64,000 nt of DNA from Albugo candida (taxonomy: Eukaryota): the NCBI GenBank assembly GCA_040437565.1, contig JBDOQK010000003.1, positions 744,001 to 808,000 on the forward strand, in the 5' to 3' direction. The notes below the pieces were generated by a model that was given only the letters and a program-made list of their open reading frames with translations, was not told where the DNA came from and ran no database searches. Positions 22,800-35,158 of this stretch are shown piece by piece. The stretch's first letter is position 1, and every line of letters starts with the position of its first letter. A program made the position numbers and the translations under genes.

Positions 22800-25545
22800 G
22801 CATACAAGCATCCTTGAGGCTCTGCATAGGTGTCTCAGAGGTTTCGGCGCGCTACTCACAATCACAATATTATGCTTAAGTATAATCCACTTCTATTTCT
22901 CAGAGCCTCTCACACGTTATACGCTTCTTACAGGCTACCATGTCTCGTGCTAGACAAAAGCAAATCTATTTGGAGCTCCGAGCACATGAACTTCTCAGTC
23001 CAAGCGTACTAGATAATGGAACTTCCTCCCACGTTCATTGGTATGCACGCAAACATTTTTTGATGGCTTCTTTAGCCTCTTTCTAATTAGTGATGTAGCA
23101 TCTTCCTTCAAATCAGGAGCCCCGACTCGGGTCAACCAAACTCAATAATGCTTCTACTAAAATGTTGTAGCGATAAACGTCAAGGCAGTCTCCAACGTTT
23201 AACATATTCGCAATCCTTCCCACGACGTGGGTTTTGAATGTTTGCTTATGCTTGTATCTAAATTCATGCTTCCATGCTCATTGAACATTTTCGCAAAGGT
23301 CGCAGCGATGAATGATCTGGCGAGGTCGCCCTGTGAAGCATCTTCTTATCATGTACTTCTCACCCACTCATGAAGCCGATAGTCGCTGCTGAGTGGTAAG
23401 AAGACACGGCGGACGCATCTTGGCTTTTATCCCGATAGAATCCCTTATGTTGCCAATTGCACTTTTGTTCCTTCAATAAAATAGATGAACGAAGTGGCCG
23501 GATAAGCGTCAAGCATTTTGGAACGAAGCTGGCATGCTGAGTTAAGAAAGTGCGGAGGGATATCATTGGGCTTACGATTTCGAATTGGACGCTACTATCG
23601 GGGGCTACTTTTTCATGATGAGCCGTATATTCCTCTCGGAGCTTCACTTTTTTGAGAAAAGCGAAGCAGACTCTGTCTACTAGCAGGCTGTCTAAAAGTG
23701 TTTTCCTTACTCGCTTGTGAAATCACGAGCCTAAACACTAGTAACGAGAACTCACGGATAGCAAGAACTTCATTTGATAGTCACCGAATTGAACCTGACG
23801 AATAACTGTAACATTTTTCTGGTCTCAATAATAGCACTCTTGATCTACAAGTTGCATGTGCATAGTAGAATTCTAATTTTGCACCAAGTAATAACGAAGG
23901 CGCTTTCTCCCGCACACATCGATTGTCAGAATTGAGAAGAATGAGCCAAACTTACTGAAGCATGAGAATGTTACCTTGTACTTGCTTTTAGATAGAATCT
24001 ATCCTGGTCAGCTTTTGAATATGTGATACCCAACATTCCCCAAATTGCGTCATGCTCGAGCGTCAGTGTTAACCAAGCAATCATTAAAAGCAGCATCCGC
24101 TTCCATCTTGCAATCAACATACGTTTGATCAGCAATGTATTCGTTTGATTTGCCATCCGTTCGGGCACTTGCTGCAAATAAAAGCGCAGGTTTTCTCGGT
24201 CGTACGGAAGCTTCCATTTCGTTTGTTTAGTAGATGCAGATAATTCTAACCTTTTACATTGCCAACGTACGACTTGTTGTTGAAGTAGAATGAGGGACTC
24301 GTACAAATGCAGCTGCGGGCGGAAGGCAACAACTACATTTTGATGCTCGATGAGATCTACAATGCTTGCGCTTTTTGTATTAATGATTGCATTTCAACTC
24401 GTGATGCGCAGTGTCTGAGCCATATAACTACTTTTGCAATTATTGTTCCCCACTTGATTCGAAGATACTTTAGCAGGTTTAGTTTTGATCAGAAAAAAAG
24501 CTCATCGTGATCGGGCATGCTCTTGCCACACCGTGTGGCATGCTGACAATTTGGAGGAGGCGGATCTGAAGTCCTGAACGACTTGACGTGCTTGGAATTC
24601 TTCAATGAGTGGATATCGCGCACAAAACAAGAAAGCCAATTTTGGTCTGAGCGAGCCTCGATTGAAGCAAATTCATGCAGGTACAAACTCCTGGTTGAAC
24701 CCACTGATTGAAGCATAAATCTGATGTCGACACAAGTACGTGTCATGGATAATTGAAGCGATTTTTAATCGCTATCACATCAGACGCAGGAGCGATGCAG
24801 TGAGTGCTCTATTCCGGCCATATAGCTTTACTGAGAGTAATACTTTCACCTTCAGATTTCTATTAGAGACTTTGGGATGTCATTTTGATGGCATACGATG
24901 CCGTATCCACCTCGATAGAGGTTAGCATGGATTGCAAGAAAAATAAAGTATTTCATGAAATCGAGCGATAAGAGTATTATCACGTTGTTTTCTTCCACTG
25001 TTTTCTCTTTTAGTCTTCCGTCGATGGTCCGGTCGCGCGTGTTTAACTCAAATACTTCAAAGCAATTAATAACGGACGACGAAGCATTCCGAAGCAGCCA
25101 TTCCACATTCATAGAGATACACCCAGTATAGAGCACCTAAGAAAGCTCCACCCGACAAAGCCCGGCCACGAAGAAAAAAATCAATGATCTTTAAGAAAAG
25201 GAAATGAAGTTCTTAACAAAGAAGTCCAAAAAGTAAGACTTATGTACGTAGATCTCGAAGAAAAAGTCGTACGACAATATGCGATAGCTACGTAAGCAGA
25301 TATCACGCACGATCTCTCGTGGTAGCTGGAGACGAGTGAGTATCGTCACCGACCGAATCAAATGCTGAGCAGCAAAATTCCGACAGATTGGGACATAATA
25401 GTCCTGTAGAATTCGATGATGAATACATACAAAGCTTTTCCACAGTCTCAAAAAATACAGCATTCAATGAAGATAGGTTTTGATGCCAGATCGATGCGTA
25501 CGTGCATCTAATGAGGAATTTAGCGACAGATAAAGTGCTTGGCAT
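22800..25545 (-). pseudogene. Possible decayed gene (stop-interrupted, protein-like fragments on the minus strand)
   Basis: Successive protein-like minus-strand ORF fragments and frames broken by TGA/TAG. No family recognised; boundaries are approximate. Confidence 0.3.
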
Positions 25546-26451
25546 ATTTATTGTGTACAATGCATACTACCCTTAGCAAGCAAAAGTAGCTGATTTGGGT
25601 TTAGAATATAAATATATCTATTCCAATTTCTGTATCAACAGTTCGAATATGACCATGAGATCCTTGTACTAAAGGCACAATATTTCGTGTAAAGTTACCA
25701 TTACGTATATCCGGTGCATGATCTTATCAATTTTTCAATCGGTCTGCTAGCTCCTTTTTTCTTTCTCTGGCCGTGATGCTTCTCTTATCAACTGATAAAT
25801 TGTGACAACCGACACTATGATGGTTTTCATCGCGCTGAGTAAAGTTTGTGACAGTCGGAACTTTTGTGCCGTTTGCCTCACAGTGCGGCCTGCTCCATCT
25901 TGACACTATGAAAGAGAGCATTCATTAAAAAGCTACGGACTTTGGATACCACGGTCGGTACGATTTGCATGTAATTGACCGATTTTCTAGTGAAGTAAGT
26001 TGCTGTATATCACGATTTTTGTGCCCAGGTCGAGTACTGTTGAGACCTTCGGTCCGAGTTTATTGGACCGAACGATTCATGAATACAATACTACCATAAG
26101 ATCTCTGTTGGATACACGCGGTAGTATATTTACAATTACGCCATCGGTGCTCAGCCCTTCGTCCCGCTCTCACAGTTTAGTATATTTTGATTCAATACTT
26201 CACTTCACATTTCGCAATATCGCAAGGTGTATTTAGGTCATTGTCCGCTCAGACAATGTTTTCAGGAGAGGAGTCAGATTGCAATAAAAGTCCGTCAATT
26301 ATAAGCTTTTTGCTTAGCGGGTGATCGGCGGTGCGAACTTATTGGTAATCGGATTTCGCACATAAAACGAATCTCAAACGGAAGATATCCGGACGTAGCA
26401 CAAGTACGAAATCAAGCTACTTGCTGTTCATCTCATAAGTTCGTGACGAGA

Positions 26452-27867
26452 ATGCCGCTCGAGTCGACGGTTTTATGGTACATTTGTTGCCACTTATTTC
26501 TATGAGATATTCGACTGAATTCGCGCTAGTTTGGATAACTCAGAATGGATGCGCAACGGGGACTATGCACCATCTCGTCTTGTGGCGCAACACGATGCTG
26601 CAAGCATGTTATGTGGGGCTAAAATACAATCCCATCCTGAAAGTACTGTTGGAGTTATCGCAATGGCGGGGAAAAGGTCTTCTTTGATTCACTAACTGAA
26701 GACCAAAAACTAATCGGTTTATGTACTAGTGTACAATTGCTAGCGTCTCCAACAGATAGCATGGGAAGTTTATTGAATGCGATACACAGTGTCACTATCA
26801 ACGGAACTGTTAATTTCTCCAACTCCATCCAAGTTGCGCAACTATCCTTGAAGCATCGCTGCAATAAGAAAGGTATATACTAATGAAGTGCCAGGTAGTT
26901 GGCGGTTTGATTTAATTGCGATCGTGATAAATAGGAGCACAGCGAATTGTCGTGTTTGTAGGATCTCCGGTGGCTGAAGACGATAAAGTGTTGATTAAGA
27001 TTGGAAAGCTATTGAAGAAAAATAATGTAAAGCAGGCACATCATCATAGTATGCGTCGTGTAACAGTTCTTTCGATAGATCGCAGTGCATGTTGTGACAA
27101 TGGGAGATATTCCCGGTAATGATGAAAAGTTGCAGGCTTTCGTGGATGCTGCCAACAGCAATAATAACAGGTACGATTTCGCTCTAAGTTTTAGGAGAAG
27201 TCTGTCACTACCAAAAACATTTTAGCCATCTCGTGCACATACCAATTGGAATGATGCCATCAGATGTACTAGTTTCTTCACCAGTTATTCGTGGCGAGGA
27301 TGCTGCGACCAATGTAGTTGGGGGTGCTGCCGGCGAGACATTCGCTGAGTATGGTGGAGTGGATCCTTCAATGGACCCAGAGTTGGCACTTGTAAGCAGT
27401 AGTTTTGACACGGATCTTCTCATCCTAAGCATAATTTTAATAAGGCTTTGCGGGTATCGATGGAAGAAGAACGGGCACGTCAGGAGGCAGCACAACAAAA
27501 AGCGGCCGAAGAAAGCGCAAATCAGAATGCTGCACAAGCGCCACCGCCCAACGCCAGCAAAGAGAATCAGAATGAAAGAAATAATCCTGTAAATCTTGTA
27601 GCAACCACGTCAAGTACTGTCAATGAAGCCGCCGCTGATTCGTCTTCAACGAAACTAGCAACCGATTCTACAGACAATGCCGCGAGGGAAGTTACGGCTC
27701 CACCTCCTGCGTTGAACTCACCTTTTATGGACGCTACTTTTGTCAATTCCCTCATTTCAGGTCTACCCGGCGTTGATCGCAATGATCCTCGTATCCAGGC
27801 TTTCATTCAACAACACTCCCAACAAAGTGAGAATAGTGAGAAGGATGAGGAAAAAAAAGAGATGTAA
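26452..27867 (+). CDS. RPN10: 26S proteasome non-ATPase subunit 4 (Rpn10), multi-exon
   Basis: Spliced MPLESTVLCLDNSEWMRNGDY (VWA domain), QRIVVFVGSP, and the UIM [26 protein letters not shown]. Confidence 0.95.
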
Positions 27868-27968
27868 TNNNNNNNNNNNNNNNNNNNNNNNNNNNNNNNN
27901 NNNNNNNNNNNNNNNNNNNNNNNNNNNNNNNNNNNNNNNNNNNNNNNNNNNNNNNNNNNNNNNNNNNN

Positions 27969-29652
27969 TACGTCCTTTGGCGATCTGGACATCGAATTAT
28001 GGCCGATGCAGGCTCCCAAAGCATGTCGAAACTTTGTTCAGCTTTGCTTGGAAGGGTATTATGACAACACGATTTTCCATCGACTGATTCCCAACTTTAT
28101 GATTCAAGGCGGAGACCCCACTGGAACAGGAAAGGGTGGTGAATCAATCTACGGTGAGGCATTCAATGATGAGTTTCACAGTCGACTTCGTTTTACACAT
28201 CGCGGTCTTCTGGCGATGGCAAATGAAAATTGCCCAAATTCCAATCACTCTCAGTTTTTTTTCACCCTGGATGCGTGTGATTTTTTACAAAAGAAGCATA
28301 CAATTTTCGGCAAAATCACGGGTAATACCATTTTTAACCTTTTGAGCGTCAGTAATTTGGAAACGGATGCTACAAATGATCGACCTGTAAATGCTCCACG
28401 GCTGCTCAAAACAGAAGTATTATGGAATCCATTTGATGATATCATACCAAGGTACAGTAGACTTTTTTTCTTTTCTTTTCTCATCCATCTCATGTGTACT
28501 ACTGATCGATACATAGAGAGATCGCATCTACAACCAAAACGACAAAGCAATCGGCAAGTCAGACAGTTAGAAAAGGAATAAATAATTCAAATTTATTATC
28601 ATTCGGGGACGAAGAATCTGCAAGTTCTGCCACGGTTTTGAAAAAAGTTGATTGCGAGTTTGAGAAAAAACCCGCCAAAGTCATGAGAAGCTCACATGAT
28701 GTTCTAGAAGACAAACATTTGAAGCAAGATGTAGATCCTGATATTCAAGCAGCGATCGATAAAGCCAAGAGAAAGGTGGAGAAGTCCAAGCTTGCACTAG
28801 AAAAACTCAAAGCGAAGGCAAGTGCACAAACAAAAGTGCTGGTAACTGATGCTATGTCCGATGAATGTTCAAAAGCGATAACAAAGGATTCGAGTCATGA
28901 AAGCAGCGACGACGAATCAACAGCCATATCGGAAGAAAGCAAGAAAACCACCAAGTCCAGTAGAAAGAGGAAAAAGTCGGACGACTTGTCCGCTTTAGAT
29001 GAATACACCCAATTACGACAAGAGCTACGCAAGTCAAATCCAGCTATACCGGTCATAGTTGGAGACAAAGCGCAGCAACTGAAAGAGCAGGAAGAGAGTC
29101 AAGAAGTACTTGCACCGTCACAACAAAATCGAAAAAAGCTTTTCCAACGTCGAAAGTCAAGGATGGCTAGTCGTCAGGCGAAAACACTCCAGCGATTACA
29201 AGAATTCCGAAGAACTCTTGCTAAAGCACGGGCTGAAGCAAAATTGAAAGAAAAGCAAATAATAAAGGAAGCCCATCCAGCTGAAACGATCTCAGACACA
29301 ACGAAGAACGAGGAAGAAGGATATCATGGTCAACTCCTCGAGCAAGATTCAGACAAAGAAGAAACAGAGACGAGTGAAACAGGTGCCAGTTCCACCGGTC
29401 TTGATTTTTCTTGGATGGCGTCCAAACTCAAATTCAAAAAGCACATTGATGTATGTTTGTGAATGGATCAAGTGTTTCCACTCACCACCTAAGTTTGCTT
29501 GTATCATGTAGGATCAATACCGGTCCGCCCTGCATCCTGTTGATGTAAGTTTGCACTTGCCCGACGTGATGTTGTCCTACTATAATGATAAATGCTGTGC
29601 CGACACGTAGGATTATGTCACCATCGACACGCGAAAAACACAAGGCAGATAA
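27969..29652 (+). CDS. CWC27: Spliceosome-associated cyclophilin CWC27; 5' end lies in a gap, and the 3' part is duplicated by the assembly (second copy ends 30617)
   Basis: Motifs IELWP..APKACRNFVQLCLEGYY, FHRLIPNFMIQGGDPTGTG, DEFHSRLRF and NPFDDIIPR, NLLSFGDEE, SSHD, and the C-terminal WMASKLKF...DYVTIDTR. Confidence 0.92.
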
Positions 29653-30725
29653 GAAGCAACGGCTCACAATTTCATCTGTATGAATTTAGCGAACATCAAG
29701 GTCTAAAAAATCTCAGAATGGTACTCAAAATTCACTTTGGTTTTCTTGGAATGCAATTGANNNNNNNNNNNNNNNNNNNNNNNNNNNNNNNNNNNNNNNN
29801 NNNNNNNNNNNNNNNNNNNNNNNNNNNNNNNNNNNNNNNNNNNNNNNNNNNNNNNNNNNNCATGAAAGCAGCGACGACGAATCAACAGCCATATCGGAAG
29901 AAAGCAAGAAAACCACCAAGTCCAGTAGAAAGAGGAAAAAGTCGGACGACTTGTCCGCTTTAGATGAATACACCCAATTACGACAAGAGCTACGCAAGTC
30001 AAATCCAGCTATACCGGTCATAGTTGGAGACAAAGCGCAGCAACTGAAAGAGCAGGAAGAGAGTCAAGAAGTACTTGCACCGTCACAACAAAATCGAAAA
30101 AAGCTTTTCCAACGTCGAAAGTCAAGGATGGCTAGTCGTCAGGCGAAAACACTCCAGCGATTACAAGAATTCCGAAGAACTCTTGCTAAAGCACGGGCTG
30201 AAGCAAAATTGAAAGAAAAGCAAATAATAAAGGAAGCCCATCCAGCTGAAACGATCTCAGACACAACGAAGAACGAGGAAGAAGGATATCATGGTCAACT
30301 CCTCGAGCAAGATTCAGACAAAGAAGAAACAGAGACGAGTGAAACAGGTGCCAGTTCCACCGGTCTTGATTTTTCTTGGATGGCGTCCAAACTCAAATTC
30401 AAAAAGCACATTGATGTATGTTTGTGAATGGATCAAGTGTTTCCACTCACCACCTAAGTTTGCTTGTATCATGTAGGATCAATACCGGTCCGCCCTGCAT
30501 CCTGTTGATGTAAGTTTGCACTTGCCCGACGTGATGTTGTCCTACTATAATGATAAATGCTGTGCCGACACGTAGGATTATGTCACCATCGACACGCGAA
30601 AAACACAAGGCAGATAAGAAGCAACGGCTCACAATTTCATCTGTATGAATTTAGCGAACATCAAGGTCTAAAAAATCTCAGAATGGTACTCAAAATTCAC
30701 TTTGGTTTTCTTGGAATGCAATTGA
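28896..30725. repeat. Gap-flanking duplication 28896-29760 = 29861-30725 (assembly overlap)
   Basis: The same 865 bp, including introns, lies on both sides of a 100-N gap. Confidence 0.92.
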
Positions 30726-33607
30726 TTGTAATGCAGACATTCATCCCGCAATAATCCATTCAGCTTACGAGGACCACAGAAAAATACTCCGATATCAGCT
30801 TCATGTGTCCCTTCCGAGTCATTGCTTCCTACACTATTCAGTTTGCTCGCGTGATGCTGCTTCGCGATCCTTGAAAGCTCCTGCGGCCAATTTGGTCGTC
30901 CAAAATGCGTCATTTGCTTCGTTTCAAGACCTGATATGATGTCTTCGCCTTCCGTTTCGTGTATAAAAGTTTGCACAAATCGCAAAGGAGCAATCACAGA
31001 CTCGCGTTTGATGGGAGAGAAGTAATTGTGAATCTCGAGCCTATTCTCTGTGTCCAAGGCGCTAAGTTGATTCATTGTTTCTCGAAACCACGAAAGACTC
31101 TCCTGTTCTCGAGTCATCCAATAAAAGTAGATTTTTCGGATATTGAATGTTTTAGGGAAGTGAACGTGGTTGCAATTTGGACAGCGATAACCTTCCCATT
31201 GATAGACAATCGTGCGTAGAATAGAGGCAAATGGGGTCACTCCAATCCCTGCTCCAATAAATACAAGTTCATTGTACTGATAGTATGCTTGAGTGGGAGC
31301 GCCGACCGGGCCATCGATGTAAACGGACGGGTACGGAGATAAACTGTCACTATTAATTTCCATTCGGTGCGTGTCTTGGTCATATTTCGTTCCCGATGGT
31401 GTTGATGGGTGTTTTTGTGATTGCGACTTAAGATTTTGCATCATTTCATATAATGCACCCGTCCAGTCACCAACTTTGTGTATATGCAGACTAAGTGTTT
31501 CGTCATCCGGAGCAGATGAGATGGTGAAAGGATGCCACTCAAACCGAGAAATTGTAGGGATATTGAGGTAGAGGTACATACCTGGCTCGAACCCACGTGA
31601 CTTTCTGAAGGACCGCGGTTTTTGAATGTACAGCGCAACCGTGTCTCGATAAATGTTGACATTTAAGATGGTCGTCCGGCCTCCGAATACGTTAGCGATG
31701 CGATATCGCTTTTCAATGAAGTAGAGAGCACAGGGAAAGCAGATCCATGCAAATGCTTGTGGTGGGGCAATCCAACGGGCAAGATTATGAATCAAGACCA
31801 GTAGTATAAAGGGTATGAGCAGCAAATGTGTGAACCAGAACGCATTGAAAAATTTTCCTTGTCTAACACGCCGATGAGTCATGGGTATCGCAATCATTGC
31901 CAGTAAAATCATTAATAGTCCAGTCCACACAGGAAGGCGCATAGCTAAATCCTCCAACGGTTCATTTCGCAAATAATCTAAATGAGAATAGCGAGATATA
32001 CGCCACATCTGATCTGAGCATGTTCGAAGCTGATAAATGATAATAAACCAAGCTACGGAATGGCCGGCGGCAGCAAAAAGTAGAACAGAGCCAGCAAGTT
32101 TGTGGAAGGATATGTGTTGATCAACCGGAATACATCGTCTGACCCATCTGAGCTGACGGATGAGTGTGATAAGATTACGGCAGATTGGAAAGAGTACAAA
32201 CATCGTGTTAACCATTACTATTTGAGCAAAACCTTTTGCCACCCGGGCCATGTGATTGACAACAGGGTCGGCTGGGATCATTTTGAATTTGATAAAGAAT
32301 GCAAGAAGCATGATGCCAGTATAAAAAGTCAGAAATCGCATTTCCGGGCCGTACTTTCGAAACCATTTTCGCACACGATAATGCACTGTTTTTTTCTTCA
32401 AGCCGCTTATTGTAGATCGCTCGCCTCGCTCGCCTTCGTGGTCGTCAGACTTTCCTTCTGGTTTTGCACTTGAATTTCCGGGATGCTTGGCATCAAGTAG
32501 TTGACCTCTTTGTGATCGTACACCATCACAGCTAGATCGAGTTCGCAATCCAAATCGACTTTGTTGCTCCTGTTCGGGAACGGAATGAGACTGATTTATT
32601 GCTTGTTGCTGGAAATTCTGCATGTGGTCTCGATCATGCGGATTTGCTTCCATGAGTCTGCTGAATGTCGTTTCGTTGTGCACGCCTTTTTCTACCCAAG
32701 AACCAAAAGCCGCTTTGAATTCTTTGAATGTCATTGCATTTGGTAGTATAGTCGTCGTGAAAAATTTGTCAGCTATTTGTCTTATCTCTAATTGACCAAG
32801 GTATTGGACACCATGAGAAACCATATTAGCATCTAGGAAAGCTTCAATTCCTTCTCGTGACAAAACGTTGTCATTATTGACATCCAATGCGTCAAATAAA
32901 AATCTTAGTTTGTGATCATGCTCGAGCGTGGAGCCACGGACAGCATCCAACAGCACTGCCATTGACTCACGAGGAATCTGGCTGCACAGAGTGTTCCGAA
33001 AGTAGCGATGACCATGCGGGCTCCTCGATACCATCAAGCCTTCAAGATTAAACGCAGCTTCAAGTGAGCTGACAGAACGATTGCTAGAATTGTACATTAT
33101 ATCCCTAAATGCGGGTGAACGCTCCGAAATCTCACATTGAGGTGTATCTACGGTTTCATGGGACAGCCATTCCTTCAATTGTGATAGGTTGTGTATGTCT
33201 AATCCCAAACTATTCCGGATGACTGATACGTGAGTCTCAGTCGTAACCGTGTCGCTGTACTTGAAATTATTTGACTTCAAAGCCTTGACGGGTGTTCGCA
33301 AAGTTGTATAACAGGATCTGTTGGAAGACTCTGGGGCGTCGGCCTCACGATGTAGGTTCTCTTTGGACTGCTCACCCCGAAATGGCTGTGAAGGCTGAAC
33401 AGTAAGCAATTTGTCCAAGCGAATCGAAGAAGTCGATATTGAAATGATCTTCCGCGACGTTGTAGCAATAAATTCTTTCTTTGATTCAAGGGCATTTGGC
33501 TGCACATTATTATTTTCGTCGCTATGCGTAGGATGATATGTACACTTGGAAAATGTTTTTGCGAAAGATAAGCTCATGTTGTCCATTTTGGGACTCAAAG
33601 CGTTCAT
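30668..33607 (-). CDS. EF-hand NADPH oxidase (RBOH/NOX5-like), 979 aa, single exon
   Basis: EF-hand DVNNDNVLSREG; heme histidines in FHK...GH and FWFTH...IH; FAD motif EWHPFTISS; IDGPVGAP, GAGIGVTPF, HFGRPNW, VFFCGP and terminal HSEIF. Confidence 0.93.
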   Translation of the reverse strand: MNALSPKMDNMSLSFAKTFSKCTYHPTHSDENNNVQPNALESKKEFIATTSRKIISISTSSIRLDKLLTVQPSQPFRGEQSKENLHREADAPESSNRSCYTTLRTPVKALKSNNFKYSDTVTTETHVSVIRNSLGLDIHNLSQLKEWLSHETVDTPQCEISERSPAFRDIMYNSSNRSVSSLEAAFNLEGLMVSRSPHGHRYFRNTLCSQIPRESMAVLLDAVRGSTLEHDHKLRFLFDALDVNNDNVLSREGIEAFLDANMVSHGVQYLGQLEIRQIADKFFTTTILPNAMTFKEFKAAFGSWVEKGVHNETTFSRLMEANPHDRDHMQNFQQQAINQSHSVPEQEQQSRFGLRTRSSCDGVRSQRGQLLDAKHPGNSSAKPEGKSDDHEGERGERSTISGLKKKTVHYRVRKWFRKYGPEMRFLTFYTGIMLLAFFIKFKMIPADPVVNHMARVAKGFAQIVMVNTMFVLFPICRNLITLIRQLRWVRRCIPVDQHISFHKLAGSVLLFAAAGHSVAWFIIIYQLRTCSDQMWRISRYSHLDYLRNEPLEDLAMRLPVWTGLLMILLAMIAIPMTHRRVRQGKFFNAFWFTHLLLIPFILLVLIHNLARWIAPPQAFAWICFPCALYFIEKRYRIANVFGGRTTILNVNIYRDTVALYIQKPRSFRKSRGFEPGMYLYLNIPTISRFEWHPFTISSAPDDETLSLHIHKVGDWTGALYEMMQNLKSQSQKHPSTPSGTKYDQDTHRMEINSDSLSPYPSVYIDGPVGAPTQAYYQYNELVFIGAGIGVTPFASILRTIVYQWEGYRCPNCNHVHFPKTFNIRKIYFYWMTREQESLSWFRETMNQLSALDTENRLEIHNYFSPIKRESVIAPLRFVQTFIHETEGEDIISGLETKQMTHFGRPNWPQELSRIAKQHHASKLNSVGSNDSEGTHEADIGVFFCGPRKLNGLLRDECLHYNQLHSKKTKVNFEYHSEIF

Positions 33608-33993
33608 CCTAATGCCTCAGACACTGAAAAAGAAACTGACCCTCAAGTACGATCCATTGACACGAAACTCATGCGTCAGGCCGTTTCGCTTTTCAAAACA
33701 AGGTTAGTTTTCTCCAATAAACAAATTTAGTCGAAAGATCTGATTTTGATTATGCTGTGCGCCATTTTGTCCGTTTTACTGTTGGCTAGAAAAAGAAGTT
33801 AAATCAAAAAGCACAATCGCACTGACATTGAATTATTTCAAAGCATGGAAGGTGGTCATAATGGGCTATCATAATCGGACGTTCTGATTTTGTGGGCGTC
33901 TGGTTACCTATAAATATCCCCTTTTCCTACTACTGTAGGCGGATGCATCCGGGTCAAAGTCAGTCCGGGAACATTACGACCAATCAATTCTAG

Positions 33994-35132
33994 ATGCTGA
34001 CACACTGCAGCCGGTCTTGTAGACTAAAAGCATCTACCAACCGCATCTGTTTTCATTCGCGAGTTGTTTCGAGTGTGTTGAGTGATTCAAAGCTGATTTT
34101 ACAAAAAGAAGGAAGAAATACAAATGACGCGAAAATTCTGCTGGCTAGTGCTCTACGTCCAGCTGTAACACCCAGCAACAGTCTGTTTCTTCAATTGGAC
34201 CGCGAGGTAGTTGAGAGCACATTTCTGACGTAGAATATTATTGACATGCTGATATGAGCAAAATGTTGAAAAGGTGACCGATGATGAGTATACGACATTC
34301 AGATCAAGTATCCGACGCCGCTGCAAAGGCGAACCGATCGCTTATATAACCGGGACAAAAGAATTTTGGTCGATGGAATTCCGAGTTAATTCTAATACTC
34401 TCATCCCTCGTGCAGACAGCGAAGTATTGGTCGAAGCAATTGCGGTACGAGGATGTTCATCGCTGACAGCGCCTTGCGCACACTGATCTTACGCGACCAT
34501 GTTTTCGACAGGAAGAATACCCGAAAGACGCGAAACTCCGGTTTTTAGATATTGGAACAGGCTCTGCTTGCTTACTGTTGTCCGCTCTGTCCGAATATCC
34601 CCGTGCAAGTGGCCTAGGAATTGACATTTGCAGCAAGGCAATTGACATCGCACGTGAGAATGCCAAACATCATTCTCTTACGAACCGTTGTGATTTCGTA
34701 AAGTTTGATTTACGAGGTATCCAAGCATTGACTCCAGTGGGATTCCATGAGTTTTTTCCGCTGGCTCCGTTCGATGTTATTCTGTTCAATCCTCCGTACA
34801 TCCCGCAATCTGAACGTTGCATGGTCGATGAAGAGGTTTTGATGCACGAGCCTCATTTGGCGCTATTTCCATCCTCGGATGACGTTCATCATGATCTTGG
34901 TTTGAAACTATATGAAAGCCTTCAGTGTGTTGCATTACGCTTGCTTGGCATATCACATAATTCAAAGGAAACCACAACTTCGTATAAGCGAACACTTTGC
35001 ATGGAAATTGGCTCTCGAAAACAGGCGGAAGCTGTCAGAGCGCTTTTTGCGCATTTGGAACCCAAATTACAATTCAAGAAAACCCTTTTTGATATAGAAA
35101 ACCGCCATCGAGGTATTTTATTCACTACTTAG
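33994..35132 (+). CDS. Release-factor glutamine methyltransferase HemK/PrmC, probably mitochondrial, 3 exons
   Basis: Motifs RRCKGEPIAYITGTKEFW, TLIPRADSE, LDIGTGSAC, NPPY and EPHLAL, with a basic N-terminal extension. Confidence 0.88.
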
Positions 35133-35158
35133 TCATCTAGCGAGATAGCTTGATATAA

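Noticed and set aside
29861-30725. Second copy of the CWC27 3' end and NOX tail as a real tandem duplication
   Set aside because: It appears identical including introns and abuts a 100-N gap, so it is an assembly overlap.
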